The translations under genes and the position numbers were made by a program. The notes beneath the pieces are model-generated. The model did not search any database and was not told where the DNA came from. It saw nothing but the letters and a program-made list of their open reading frames with translations. Of a stretch of DNA of 64,000 bases, positions 10,810-20,095 are shown piece after piece (the first letter of the stretch is position 1; each line of letters starts with the position of its first letter). The DNA is from Bacteroidales bacterium (GTDB taxonomy: Bacteria > Bacteroidota > Bacteroidia > Bacteroidales > GCA-2748055), in contig JAIPBT010000002.1 in NCBI GenBank assembly GCA_021738565.1, forward strand, positions 7,774 through 71,773. The letters run 5' to 3'.

Positions 10810-10846
10810 CGAACTTTATGATCCAGCCACTCCAACTTTATTGACA
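10810..10846 (+). repeat. solo copy of the dispersed repeat (variant CACTCCAAC)
   Basis: Sequence CGAACTTTATGATCCAGCCACTCCAACTTTATTGACA. The 29-nt core is identical to the reverse complement of 41122-41150. Confidence 0.6.
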
Positions 10847-10961
10847 AACCCTAAATACCTGTTGTCCTCTATTCATGCTTCTGTCGTACTCTCAAAACTT
10901 TTATTTATTTTTGCACCCTGATTCAATCAACGATTACAGGTATTTTCTTGAACTAGTTATT

Positions 10962-13610
10962 ATGGATATTCCTTCAAAGTACAATCCGGCATCGGTTGAG
11001 GAAAAATGGTATGGTTACTGGATGGAGCATGACCTTTTCAAAAGCATTCCGGATGAAAGGGAACCCTATTGCATAGTTATCCCCCCACCGAATGTCACGG
11101 GAGTTTTACACATGGGACATATGCTGAACAATACGTTGCAGGATGTATTGATCCGTCGAGCACGCATGCAGGGAAAAAATGCGCTCTGGGTACCGGGAAC
11201 CGACCATGCTTCGATTGCCACTGAAGCCAGGGTTGTTAACATGTTAAGGGAAAAAGGCATAGAAAAGAAAGATCTTACCAGGGAAGAGTTTCTTAAATAT
11301 GCATGGAGATGGAAAGAAAAGCACGGAGGGCTCATACTTGAACAGCTTAAGAAACTGGGTGCAAGTTGTGATTGGAGCAGGACCAGGTTCACCATGGACG
11401 ATGATATGTCGGAAAGCGTATTGCGTGTGTTTGTTGATCTTTACAGGAAAGGGCATATATACAGGGGAATAAGGATGGTGAACTGGGATCCGCAGGCACG
11501 GACCGCAGTATCAGATGAAGAGGTGGTATACAGGGAAGTGCAATCGAAATTGTATTACCTGAAATACAGGGTGGAAAGTGAAGAGGACCATATTACGATT
11601 GCTACCACAAGGCCAGAGACGATTCTGGGTGACACGGCAGTATGTGTTCATCCCGAGGATGAAAGGTTTGTAAAGTACCATGGGAAAAGGGTCATTGTTC
11701 CCCTTGTTGAACGGCCTGTTCCGGTAATTGTGGATGAGTATGTTGATCGCGAATTTGGTACCGGGGCCCTGAAGATAACTCCTGCGCATGATATCAATGA
11801 CTATGAATTGGGGTTGAAGCATAACCTGGAGGCCATTGACATTTTCAATGATAACGGAACTTTGAATGAAGCTGCAATAGTGCTTGTTGGTCAAGACAGG
11901 TTTGAAGCAAGAAAAAAGATCATCCCCATGCTTGATGAAGCTGGGAGCCTCATCAGGCAGGAAGATTATATCAATAAAGTGGGTTTCTCTGAACGTACAG
12001 ATGCTGTTATTGAGCCAAAACTTTCAGTTCAGTGGTTTCTGAAAATGGGTGAACTCTCCAAGCCTGCACTTGAGCATGTAATGAATGATGACATCAGGCT
12101 CCAGCCTGCAAAATTTAAGAATGTCTACCGGCACTGGATGGAGAATGTAAAGGACTGGTGCATTTCCAGGCAGCTATGGTGGGGACAACGGATACCTGCA
12201 TATTTTTATGGTGAAAATCCAGGGCCAAATGATTATGTAGTAGCCCTTACTCCTGAAGAAGCATTGGAGGAAGCAAAAAAAGTTACCGGGAACAATGAAC
12301 TGACAGTAAACGATCTGCAACAGGATGAGGATGTGCTTGATACATGGTTTTCATCATGGCTCTGGCCCATTTCTGTTTTTGACGGTATAAGGCACCCTGG
12401 CAATGGGGATATGAAATATTATTATCCCACCAATGACCTGGTTACTGCACCGGAGATTTTATTTTTCTGGGTTGCAAGGATGATCATTGCCGGTTATGAA
12501 TATGAGAATCAGAAGCCTTTCAGGAACGTATATCTTACCGGTATTGTGCGCGACAGCCAGCGGCGAAAAATGTCAAAATCACTCGGTAATTCCCCGGAAC
12601 CCATCGAACTGATGAAGAAATACAGTGCCGACGGTGTACGTGTTGGAATGTTGCTTTGTTCACCTGCGGGCAACGACCTGCTTTTTGATAAAAGTCTTAC
12701 CGAGCAGGGAAGAAATTTCAGCAACAAGATATGGAACGCTTTCAGGTTAATTAGTAACTGGACCGTAGATGAAAATTTTGAACAGCCGGAATCTTCACTC
12801 GAAGCAGTGCAATGGTTTGATGCAAGGCTGAACAAGGCATTGACAGATATCGATGACCAGTTCAGCAAGTACAGGATCTCAGATGCCCTGATGATCCTCT
12901 ACAGGTTGTTTTGGGATGATTTTGCATCCTGGTACCTTGAAATTATAAAACCTGCCTACGGTAAGCCGGTTGACAGTCAGACCTTTTCTTCCACACACCT
13001 GTTTTTTGAGAAGTTATTGAAAATGCTGCATCCCTTTATGCCGTTTATCACCGAAGAACTCTGGCAGCTGATGGAAAAAAGGGAAGATGGGGAGAGCATC
13101 ATGGTCTCTGAATGTCCGGAAAAGCAAAAATACGATAAAAAGCTGCTGCGGTCATTTGACACCATGAAAGAGGTTATTGTACAGGTGCGCAGCATCAGAA
13201 AAGACAAGAAACTTGCGAAGAATGATTATTTGGAGTTATACGTTAAAAATTCTTCATGCGACGACTACCCGGGAACCCTTGAGCCGGTAATCAGGAAATT
13301 GGGTAATATTTCTAAAATGATCAGGCAGGAAGATAAGGTTGAAGGGGCAGTTTCCTTTATTGTGAAGAATGTGGAATATTACCTTCTTTTGGGAGATCTT
13401 GTTGATCCGGAAGAAGAAATCTCCAGGCTCGAAAAAGAATTGAAATACACAGAAGGTTTCTTAAACAGTATTCAAAAGAAACTGGGAAATGAAAGATTTG
13501 TACAGAATGCCCCTGCAGTAGTTGTAGATGCAGAAAAGAAGAAAAGGTCCGATGCAGAAATGAAGATTGGGACCCTGAAGGAACAGATCAGGTCCTTGCG
13601 ATCAGACTGA
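10962..13610 (+). CDS. valS: valine--tRNA ligase
   Basis: HIGH-type motif [16 protein letters not shown] motif ([10 protein letters not shown]) and a C-terminal coiled coil. The ORF-track start at 10875 adds 29 non-conserved residues. The ATG at 10962 ([17 protein letters not shown]) fits ValS N-termini. Confidence 0.96.
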   Translation: MDIPSKYNPASVEEKWYGYWMEHDLFKSIPDEREPYCIVIPPPNVTGVLHMGHMLNNTLQDVLIRRARMQGKNALWVPGTDHASIATEARVVNMLREKGIEKKDLTREEFLKYAWRWKEKHGGLILEQLKKLGASCDWSRTRFTMDDDMSESVLRVFVDLYRKGHIYRGIRMVNWDPQARTAVSDEEVVYREVQSKLYYLKYRVESEEDHITIATTRPETILGDTAVCVHPEDERFVKYHGKRVIVPLVERPVPVIVDEYVDREFGTGALKITPAHDINDYELGLKHNLEAIDIFNDNGTLNEAAIVLVGQDRFEARKKIIPMLDEAGSLIRQEDYINKVGFSERTDAVIEPKLSVQWFLKMGELSKPALEHVMNDDIRLQPAKFKNVYRHWMENVKDWCISRQLWWGQRIPAYFYGENPGPNDYVVALTPEEALEEAKKVTGNNELTVNDLQQDEDVLDTWFSSWLWPISVFDGIRHPGNGDMKYYYPTNDLVTAPEILFFWVARMIIAGYEYENQKPFRNVYLTGIVRDSQRRKMSKSLGNSPEPIELMKKYSADGVRVGMLLCSPAGNDLLFDKSLTEQGRNFSNKIWNAFRLISNWTVDENFEQPESSLEAVQWFDARLNKALTDIDDQFSKYRISDALMILYRLFWDDFASWYLEIIKPAYGKPVDSQTFSSTHLFFEKLLKMLHPFMPFITEELWQLMEKREDGESIMVSECPEKQKYDKKLLRSFDTMKEVIVQVRSIRKDKKLAKNDYLELYVKNSSCDDYPGTLEPVIRKLGNISKMIRQEDKVEGAVSFIVKNVEYYLLLGDLVDPEEEISRLEKELKYTEGFLNSIQKKLGNERFVQNAPAVVVDAEKKKRSDAEMKIGTLKEQIRSLRSD

Positions 13611-13660
13611 ACGTTCTTCGTGATTCAGGCATATTAAACGGAGTTGATACAGCAACCGGA

Positions 13661-14305
13661 TCAGGGACTCAATCGCTGATTGCACCATCTCCCTGATGCA
13701 TCTGTCAGGTATTCGATCCTGTCGTGTAAGCGGTTTTCCCGACCCTGCCAGAATTCGATCCTGTCGGGAGTCAGTCTGTATCCCCCCCAGTGCCTGGGTC
13801 TAGGGATCACTTCTTGTTTTTCAAATGCCTTTCTTACAGCTTCATACTGAGATTCAAGTGTTTCCCTGTCTTGTATCGGCTGACTTTGCTCAGATGCCCA
13901 GGCACCCAGTTGGTTATTCCTGGGACGTGCCGAATGATAAAGGTCGGAATCCCTGCCAGAGATTTTTTCAATGGTTCCTTCAATGCGAACCTGTCTTTCC
14001 ATTTCAGGCCAGAAAAAGTTCATTGATCCGATTTTTGTCTCATCAATGTCTTTTGCTTTTTGACTTTTGTAATTGGTGTAAAACTGGAATCCGGAGGAAT
14101 CAAATCCTTTTAGTAAAACGATCCTGGCGGAGATACGTCCATCATTGTTGCATGTTGCCAACGTCATTGCAGAGGGTTCAGGAAGATCTGCTTCAAATGC
14201 CTCGAGGAGCCATTTTTCAAAAAGTTCAACCGGACCGCTGGGCAAATCGTTTTCCAGCAGTTTCTGCTTACCATATTCATTCCTGTAATAGCCGGGATCT
14301 TTCAT
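13661..14305 (-). CDS. pdxH: pyridoxamine 5'-phosphate oxidase
   Basis: 214 aa. Conserved C-terminal …RIEFWQGRENRLHDRIEY… and an FMN-binding split-barrel pattern. Confidence 0.9.
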   Translation of the reverse strand: MKDPGYYRNEYGKQKLLENDLPSGPVELFEKWLLEAFEADLPEPSAMTLATCNNDGRISARIVLLKGFDSSGFQFYTNYKSQKAKDIDETKIGSMNFFWPEMERQVRIEGTIEKISGRDSDLYHSARPRNNQLGAWASEQSQPIQDRETLESQYEAVRKAFEKQEVIPRPRHWGGYRLTPDRIEFWQGRENRLHDRIEYLTDASGRWCNQRLSP

Positions 14306-14354
14306 TAAACCTGTTTTGTATAAAACAGGATTCTTATCTGAATGTTCGAATGTC

Positions 14355-15200
14355 TTAAAAATTTGCTTTCAAACTCAGGTCAAGACTTCTGATATGGTGG
14401 GTCAGTGCGCCCACTGATATGTAATTTACACCACACTCAGCATATTCTCTGATGGTTTCAAGCGTAATGCCACCGGAGGATTCTGTTTCAACCTTTCCAC
14501 TGATTATTTTCACGGCCCTGCGCGTCAACTCCGGAGAAAAATTATCCAGCAATATGCGGTCAATATGGCCAGATTGAAGCACAATTTCTATCTCTTGTAA
14601 GTTTCTGACTTCAATTTCAATTTTCAGGTTCAACTGATTCTTTTCAAGATAATCGAGTGCGCTTTCAATTGCCTGCCTGATACCACCGCAAAAGTCAATG
14701 TGATTGTCCTTGATCAGGATCATATCATACAATCCTGTCCTGTGGCTGAATCCACCACCAATCCGTACGGCCTGTTTTTCCATATACCTGAATCCCGGTG
14801 TTGTTTTTCGGGTGTCAAGAATGCGCGCACCGGTACCTTCCAGTTTTTTTACATATGCTGCAGTTTCGGTCGCAATGCCGCTCATTCTCTGCATAATATT
14901 CAATACCAGCCGTTCCGACTTCAAAATGGATCTTACGCTGCCGCTTATTTTAAGGATGGTATCCCCACTGGAAAGAGTTGCTCCGTCGGTCTTATAAAAA
15001 TCTTTCGAAAGATCGGGATCCACCATTTTAAAAACGACATCTGAGATTTCGCAACCGGCCAGTATGCCATCTTCTTTTGATAAAAGGGTGGCACTGCCCC
15101 GGGCATCTTCAGGAATGGTGCTTAAACTTGTGTGGTCCCCCTCTCCCACATCTTCTTTTATCCATGTTTCAATTAACGATCCGAAAGGGTAAGTATACAT
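14355..15200 (-). CDS. nadC: nicotinate-nucleotide diphosphorylase (quinolinate phosphoribosyltransferase)
   Basis: 281 aa. Motifs …ILDTRKTTPGFR…, …MILIKDNHI… and …ESSGGIT… are typical of NadC. Confidence 0.9.
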   Translation of the reverse strand: MYTYPFGSLIETWIKEDVGEGDHTSLSTIPEDARGSATLLSKEDGILAGCEISDVVFKMVDPDLSKDFYKTDGATLSSGDTILKISGSVRSILKSERLVLNIMQRMSGIATETAAYVKKLEGTGARILDTRKTTPGFRYMEKQAVRIGGGFSHRTGLYDMILIKDNHIDFCGGIRQAIESALDYLEKNQLNLKIEIEVRNLQEIEIVLQSGHIDRILLDNFSPELTRRAVKIISGKVETESSGGITLETIREYAECGVNYISVGALTHHIRSLDLSLKANF

Positions 15201-15203
15201 TTT

Positions 15204-15587
15204 CTATTCTTTTTCTATGCTAAGAAAATAGATGGTCTTCTCTTTCTTTTTTTCCATGAAGTACATATTGATTCGAAAGAAACCTTTCCCGGTGATCAAT
15301 GAACCAAGCCCGTATTTTGATCCCTGCCTGCTGCCGTTGAAATTTACTATAAATGCCCCCGGCTTATTCTCTTCAAAGAATTTTTCAAGTATTCTTTCAG
15401 CCTGGGGTTTGCTCACCAAATAGACTTCTTCAAACATCTTTAGTTCAATGGTCTCGTGAAAGTACCCGGATAGCTGTTTGGAATTGCCTGCTTCAATTGC
15501 CGTAATGATCTCATCAGTGATGGCCTGACTGAAGACCGGAATAAATGAAAACAGAAGGATCCATACAGATAATATTTTTTTCATCAT
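15204..15587 (-). CDS. DUF4783-like secreted protein
   Basis: 127 aa with a signal peptide. Pattern …AIEAGNSKQLSGYF…SKPQAERILEKFF…KYGLGSL…. Sits directly downstream of nadC, as often seen in Bacteroidota. The family call is from memory. Confidence 0.55.
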   Translation of the reverse strand: MMKKILSVWILLFSFIPVFSQAITDEIITAIEAGNSKQLSGYFHETIELKMFEEVYLVSKPQAERILEKFFEENKPGAFIVNFNGSRQGSKYGLGSLITGKGFFRINMYFMEKKKEKTIYFLSIEKE

Positions 15588-15722
15588 GCGTGTTTTCTCA
15601 CTTTTTGGCCGGGTTATTGTGTAAGAATCTGAATTGGTTTAAGTTTGTATAACAGTGCAATAACCGGTTGGTAAAGTACCCGTGCAATTTAAGAAAAATA
15701 CCTGTACCAACTTATTTATTAA

Positions 15723-16193
15723 ATGAGAATTACTTTGATATTCACAGGAAAGACACGCTCGGATTACCTGGCGGAAGGTATAAAAGAATACTGTAAAAGG
15801 ATCAGTCGTTATGCACCGTTTGAAATAGTTACCACGGAAGATCTTAAGGGCAAAAAAAAGAACAACCAGTCATTTCTTAAGATACAGGAAGGAAAGCAGG
15901 TTTTACAACGCTTAAAACCCGGAGATCATTTGATATTGCTTGATGAAAAGGGAAAACGTTACAATTCGAGGGAATTTGCTGATCACCTTGTCTCATTGGA
16001 AGGCAAGACAGGACATTTGGTTTTTTTAATTGGAGGAGCCTATGGATTTTCAGATGATGTATACAGCAGGGCCGATGAACAGCTCTCATTGTCCGAAATG
16101 ACCTTTTCGCATCAAATGGTAAGACTTATTTTTACTGAACAATTGTACAGGGCATTTACCATATTAAACGGGGAACCTTACCATCATAATTAG
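15723..16193 (+). CDS. rlmH: 23S rRNA (pseudouridine1915-N3)-methyltransferase
   Basis: 156 aa. SPOUT-family RlmH pattern (…FLIGGAYGFS…LSLSEMTFSHQMVRL…). Confidence 0.9.
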   Translation: MRITLIFTGKTRSDYLAEGIKEYCKRISRYAPFEIVTTEDLKGKKKNNQSFLKIQEGKQVLQRLKPGDHLILLDEKGKRYNSREFADHLVSLEGKTGHLVFLIGGAYGFSDDVYSRADEQLSLSEMTFSHQMVRLIFTEQLYRAFTILNGEPYHHN

Positions 16194-16198
16194 CTGAC

Positions 16199-19100
16199 AT
16201 GGATAAAATAAAAGGGAATCTTTTCAGCCTTACACAGGACAAGCATTACAGGCTCCTGGCGATATTAGTCGCACTGATATCAATGGCTGGATTACTGATT
16301 CTGCAGCATAAGTTTTACAACGACAAATATGGAGATAAGCACCTGGATCATTTTGAAAAGACGATTCATTCAAAGCAGGAAAAATTGAACCGGCATTTTG
16401 ACAGGATCATTAAGGAGTTCGATAACAATGATCCGATGCAGATCCTGCACAACTACACTGATGCTTTCGAACAACTTCGCGAACAGCAGGGGATCTCGGT
16501 TTTTTATTTCGAAAAGGGCAGCCTGGTATATTGGTCGGATCATTCCGTTGATCTGGGGGTGGAATGGACTGAAAGCATGAATGAAAAAGTATACGAGACC
16601 TTGAATGCTACCTATGTATCAATCAGCCAGCCAACTGAAGAGGGTATGCTTTTTGGGTTGATACTGATCAGGACAGAATATCCTTACCAAAATGAATACT
16701 TGAAAAACAGTTACCAGAAGGAATTTAAACTGGGGCCGGAAGTTGATATCGTTCTCGGGAAATCACCACTTTTGAGCCCTGTTCATGGCATTGCCGGGCA
16801 GTATCTTTTTTCACTTGACCTGGGATCAAATCTTGTAAAGAACAGGGAAAACGTAACGATTTCATTCTTGCTTCTAATGATCTCAATGTTGTCTGTATTT
16901 GCATTTTTTATTTTACAAACGGATGCCGTTGGGGATCCACGCAGAAGAACCTACTGGTTTTTGGCCAGTATACTTTTCATGATGGCAGTATATTTTTTTG
17001 TGATATACCTGGAATTTCCTCCTGTAATTTTTGAATCAGACCTTTTCAGTCCCTATGTCTTTGCCAGTAAATATTTCATGTCACTCGGACATCTGTTGAT
17101 ATCTGTTTGCCTGATACTGATGGTAACATTGCTTATTTATTGGTTCTTCAACCGAAGTGACCGACTTCCCTCAAAATTCCAAATTCCAGCTGCAATCGCC
17201 TTTGTTCTGGCAGCATCTGTATGGTTTGTCATCCATCATAACCTTGAAGAATCACTGGTTATAGATTCCACAATATCTTTTGAAGCATACAAACTCAATA
17301 ACCTGTCGATTTATACCTACGTGGGTGTTTTGATACTGTTCATGGGAATTCTTGTTTTTTGTTTGCTGATTGACAAGGCAATCCGACTCACTTTCCCGCT
17401 AAAGAGCAGGAAATATTATCTGCTGTATATTTCCGGGATCCTTGTTGTTGTCCCTTTTCTTTTTTTCAGTTTTGGACATGTGGATATTTTAACTATGGCT
17501 GCATACCTATTGATCATTTCTTCCCTGATATTTCTCAGGAACAATATGAAAAGAAAGATCAGGTTCTCGCGGTTTCTTCCCTTGCTTATCATAGTTTCTG
17601 TTTACATGACACTGGATTTTCAGTTCCATACCTTTGAAAAAAGGAGTGCGCAAATGGATGTTTACCTTGCTAAGCTTTCATCTGAACAGGATGCAGTTGC
17701 AGAAATGTTATTTACTGATATTTCCGACAGACTGAGACAGGACAGTGTCATGATGAGTAAACTTTCTTACCAGTATATCAATGATGAGAGGATACTGGAA
17801 TACCTGCAGAGGAATTATTTCTCAGGTTACTGGACCAAATACGACCTGCGCATTACCATTTGCAGGCCGGATGACAACGTTTATATTGAGCCCCCCGTAG
17901 GGAAATGGTTTCCCTGTTTTCCATTTTTTGAAAAAATAATTATGGACGACGGTATGAGTCTGGAGGACAGCGACTTCTATTTTCTAAACAATTTGAATGG
18001 CAGAATTTCATACCTGGCAGAAATACCCTACATTACCAGAAGGGGTGATGTCTCTCTTTTTATTGAACTGGATTCGAAGATCATTTCGGAAGAATTGGGA
18101 TATCCTTCTCTTTTGCTGAAGGAAAAGCCGGAGTTGAAGAATCCTTTTTCCTTTGCCAAATACAACCAGGGCAAACTGATCAATAGTGGGGGTGATTTTA
18201 ATTATCGCCTGACAGTCGATTACTATTCCGAAGGTGATAAGACGTTCGAGAGAAAACAAATTGGGGGATACAACCATGCAATTTATAATGTTGATCCCGA
18301 AAATACTGTTATAGTAAGTGTTTCAGTAGTTTCGGCAGGGGATAAACTGATCTCTTTCTCATATACTTTTGCCCTGCTGTTTGCAGTTTTTTCTGTTATT
18401 TACCTGATCGCATCCGCATCGCACGTGAAGGCCAATGTAACGTGGGACTTTAAAAATAAGATCCAGTATTCGGTAATCGGTGTACTTTTCCTTACGTTCA
18501 TTTTTATCTGTTCCGGAACGATCTATTTCGTGATCCAGCAGTATCGCATCAAACATGAGGATAACCTCCAGGCGGCAATGCGGTCATTGTATATTGAGCT
18601 GATTCACAAGGTGGAATACGAAGACGACCTGCGCAATTGGTCTTCGGAGAGCTATTATAACCTTGATGAGCTTCTGAGAAAATTTTCAAATGTTTTTTAT
18701 ACAGATATCAACCTGTATGATGAGAATGGATTTCTCCTGGCAACTTCTCGAGCTGAGATCTTTAATCAGAAACTACTGAGCGACAGGATGGATCGGAATG
18801 CCTATCAGAAACTTGCAGAAGAAAATTATTCTGCATTTATACAGACTGAAAAGATAGGCAGAATGACCTACCAGTCGGCTTATGTGCCTTTGTTAAACAG
18901 TGAAAATAACTTCCTCGCTTATTTGAATCTTCCATACTTTACACAGCCGGAAATACTGACACAGGAGGTAACAAATCTCGTAGTCGCCATTCTGAATATT
19001 TATGTATTTTTAATGCTTCTTATCCTGTTCCTCAGTGTGCTCATCGCCGACAGGATCACACAGCCGCTCAGGTTTATTCAGGACCGCATCAAACACCTTA

Positions 19101-19897
19101 GCCTCAGTAAGATCAATGAAAAAATCGTATACAATGGAAAAGACGAAATAGCAGGGTTGGTTCATGAATACAATTCAATGGTTGATGAGCTTGAAAAGAG
19201 TGCAAGGTTGCTTGCACAATCAGAGCGCGAATCTGCATGGAGAGAGATGGCCAAGCAAATAGCCCACGAGATCAAAAATCCGCTTACACCTATGAAATTG
19301 AATGTTCAGCATATGCAACGCATGTTGTCTGAAGAAACAGAGAACCTCCATGAAAAGATTGAACAGGTCGGACAAACACTGATAGAACAGATCGACTCAC
19401 TTACTTTTATTGCAAATGAATTTTCAGATTTTGCAAAGATGCCGAGGGCACGGAACAGGGAAATCGATGTGCTTAAAAAACTCAGGAATGCAGTAAGCCT
19501 GTTTGAGAATACAGAGGGACTTGAAATCACCCTGGATGCAAAAGATGTTGATGATACCAGTACATTTGGTGATCCGGAACAGTTCCAGAGGGTAATCATC
19601 AACCTGATAAAAAACGGAATTCAGTCGGTTCCGGAGAGAAGGACCAAAGTTATTTCCGTGACTGCAGAAAAAAGCAATGATGGCACCGTTATAATAAGCA
19701 TTTCCGACAATGGTAAAGGTATAAGTGAATCGATACGCGACAAACTCTTCCGGCCCAATTTTACCACGAAAAGCAGTGGCATGGGAATGGGACTTGCCAT
19801 TGCAGCGAACATAATAAGTTCAATGAACGGGAAAATTCGTTATGAGACCGAAGAGGGCAAAGGAACCACTTTCTTTATTGAAGTGCCGCTCGTTTGA
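16199..19897 (+). CDS. large multi-pass sensor histidine kinase (NtrY/AtoS-type H-box), orphan
   Basis: 1232 aa. About 12 hydrophobic helices separate three soluble segments. These are followed by a HAMP-like linker, H-box AHEIKNPLTPM, and an HATPase domain (…SDNGKGI…GMGMGLAIA…). No receiver-domain gene is present in the window. Confidence 0.85.
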   Translation: MDKIKGNLFSLTQDKHYRLLAILVALISMAGLLILQHKFYNDKYGDKHLDHFEKTIHSKQEKLNRHFDRIIKEFDNNDPMQILHNYTDAFEQLREQQGISVFYFEKGSLVYWSDHSVDLGVEWTESMNEKVYETLNATYVSISQPTEEGMLFGLILIRTEYPYQNEYLKNSYQKEFKLGPEVDIVLGKSPLLSPVHGIAGQYLFSLDLGSNLVKNRENVTISFLLLMISMLSVFAFFILQTDAVGDPRRRTYWFLASILFMMAVYFFVIYLEFPPVIFESDLFSPYVFASKYFMSLGHLLISVCLILMVTLLIYWFFNRSDRLPSKFQIPAAIAFVLAASVWFVIHHNLEESLVIDSTISFEAYKLNNLSIYTYVGVLILFMGILVFCLLIDKAIRLTFPLKSRKYYLLYISGILVVVPFLFFSFGHVDILTMAAYLLIISSLIFLRNNMKRKIRFSRFLPLLIIVSVYMTLDFQFHTFEKRSAQMDVYLAKLSSEQDAVAEMLFTDISDRLRQDSVMMSKLSYQYINDERILEYLQRNYFSGYWTKYDLRITICRPDDNVYIEPPVGKWFPCFPFFEKIIMDDGMSLEDSDFYFLNNLNGRISYLAEIPYITRRGDVSLFIELDSKIISEELGYPSLLLKEKPELKNPFSFAKYNQGKLINSGGDFNYRLTVDYYSEGDKTFERKQIGGYNHAIYNVDPENTVIVSVSVVSAGDKLISFSYTFALLFAVFSVIYLIASASHVKANVTWDFKNKIQYSVIGVLFLTFIFICSGTIYFVIQQYRIKHEDNLQAAMRSLYIELIHKVEYEDDLRNWSSESYYNLDELLRKFSNVFYTDINLYDENGFLLATSRAEIFNQKLLSDRMDRNAYQKLAEENYSAFIQTEKIGRMTYQSAYVPLLNSENNFLAYLNLPYFTQPEILTQEVTNLVVAILNIYVFLMLLILFLSVLIADRITQPLRFIQDRIKHLSLSKINEKIVYNGKDEIAGLVHEYNSMVDELEKSARLLAQSERESAWREMAKQIAHEIKNPLTPMKLNVQHMQRMLSEETENLHEKIEQVGQTLIEQIDSLTFIANEFSDFAKMPRARNREIDVLKKLRNAVSLFENTEGLEITLDAKDVDDTSTFGDPEQFQRVIINLIKNGIQSVPERRTKVISVTAEKSNDGTVIISISDNGKGISESIRDKLFRPNFTTKSSGMGMGLAIAANIISSMNGKIRYETEEGKGTTFFIEVPLV

Positions 19898-20095
19898 TCC
19901 TGTAATACGGCTCACTGAATGGATTATTGAGCCGAATACAGATGGTCCATAGCCTGTTTTTTAATATATCACCCCAATACATACAGATAAATATGTTCAA
20001 ATGCACTAATTTTGACACGTTTAATAAATTACCCAGAGGGGGATTTGTATTTTTTTCTATCTTAGATTTTATTAAGCTTTAATTTATCGTTTAGA

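Noticed and set aside
10875-10961. 29-codon N-terminal extension of valS, and similar upstream extensions at 26943, 39545, 46876, 54593, 59490, 61349 and 46717
   Set aside because: The extensions are non-conserved or low-complexity, or they overlap the upstream gene. Downstream ATGs give canonical N-termini or signal peptides, so I moved the starts.
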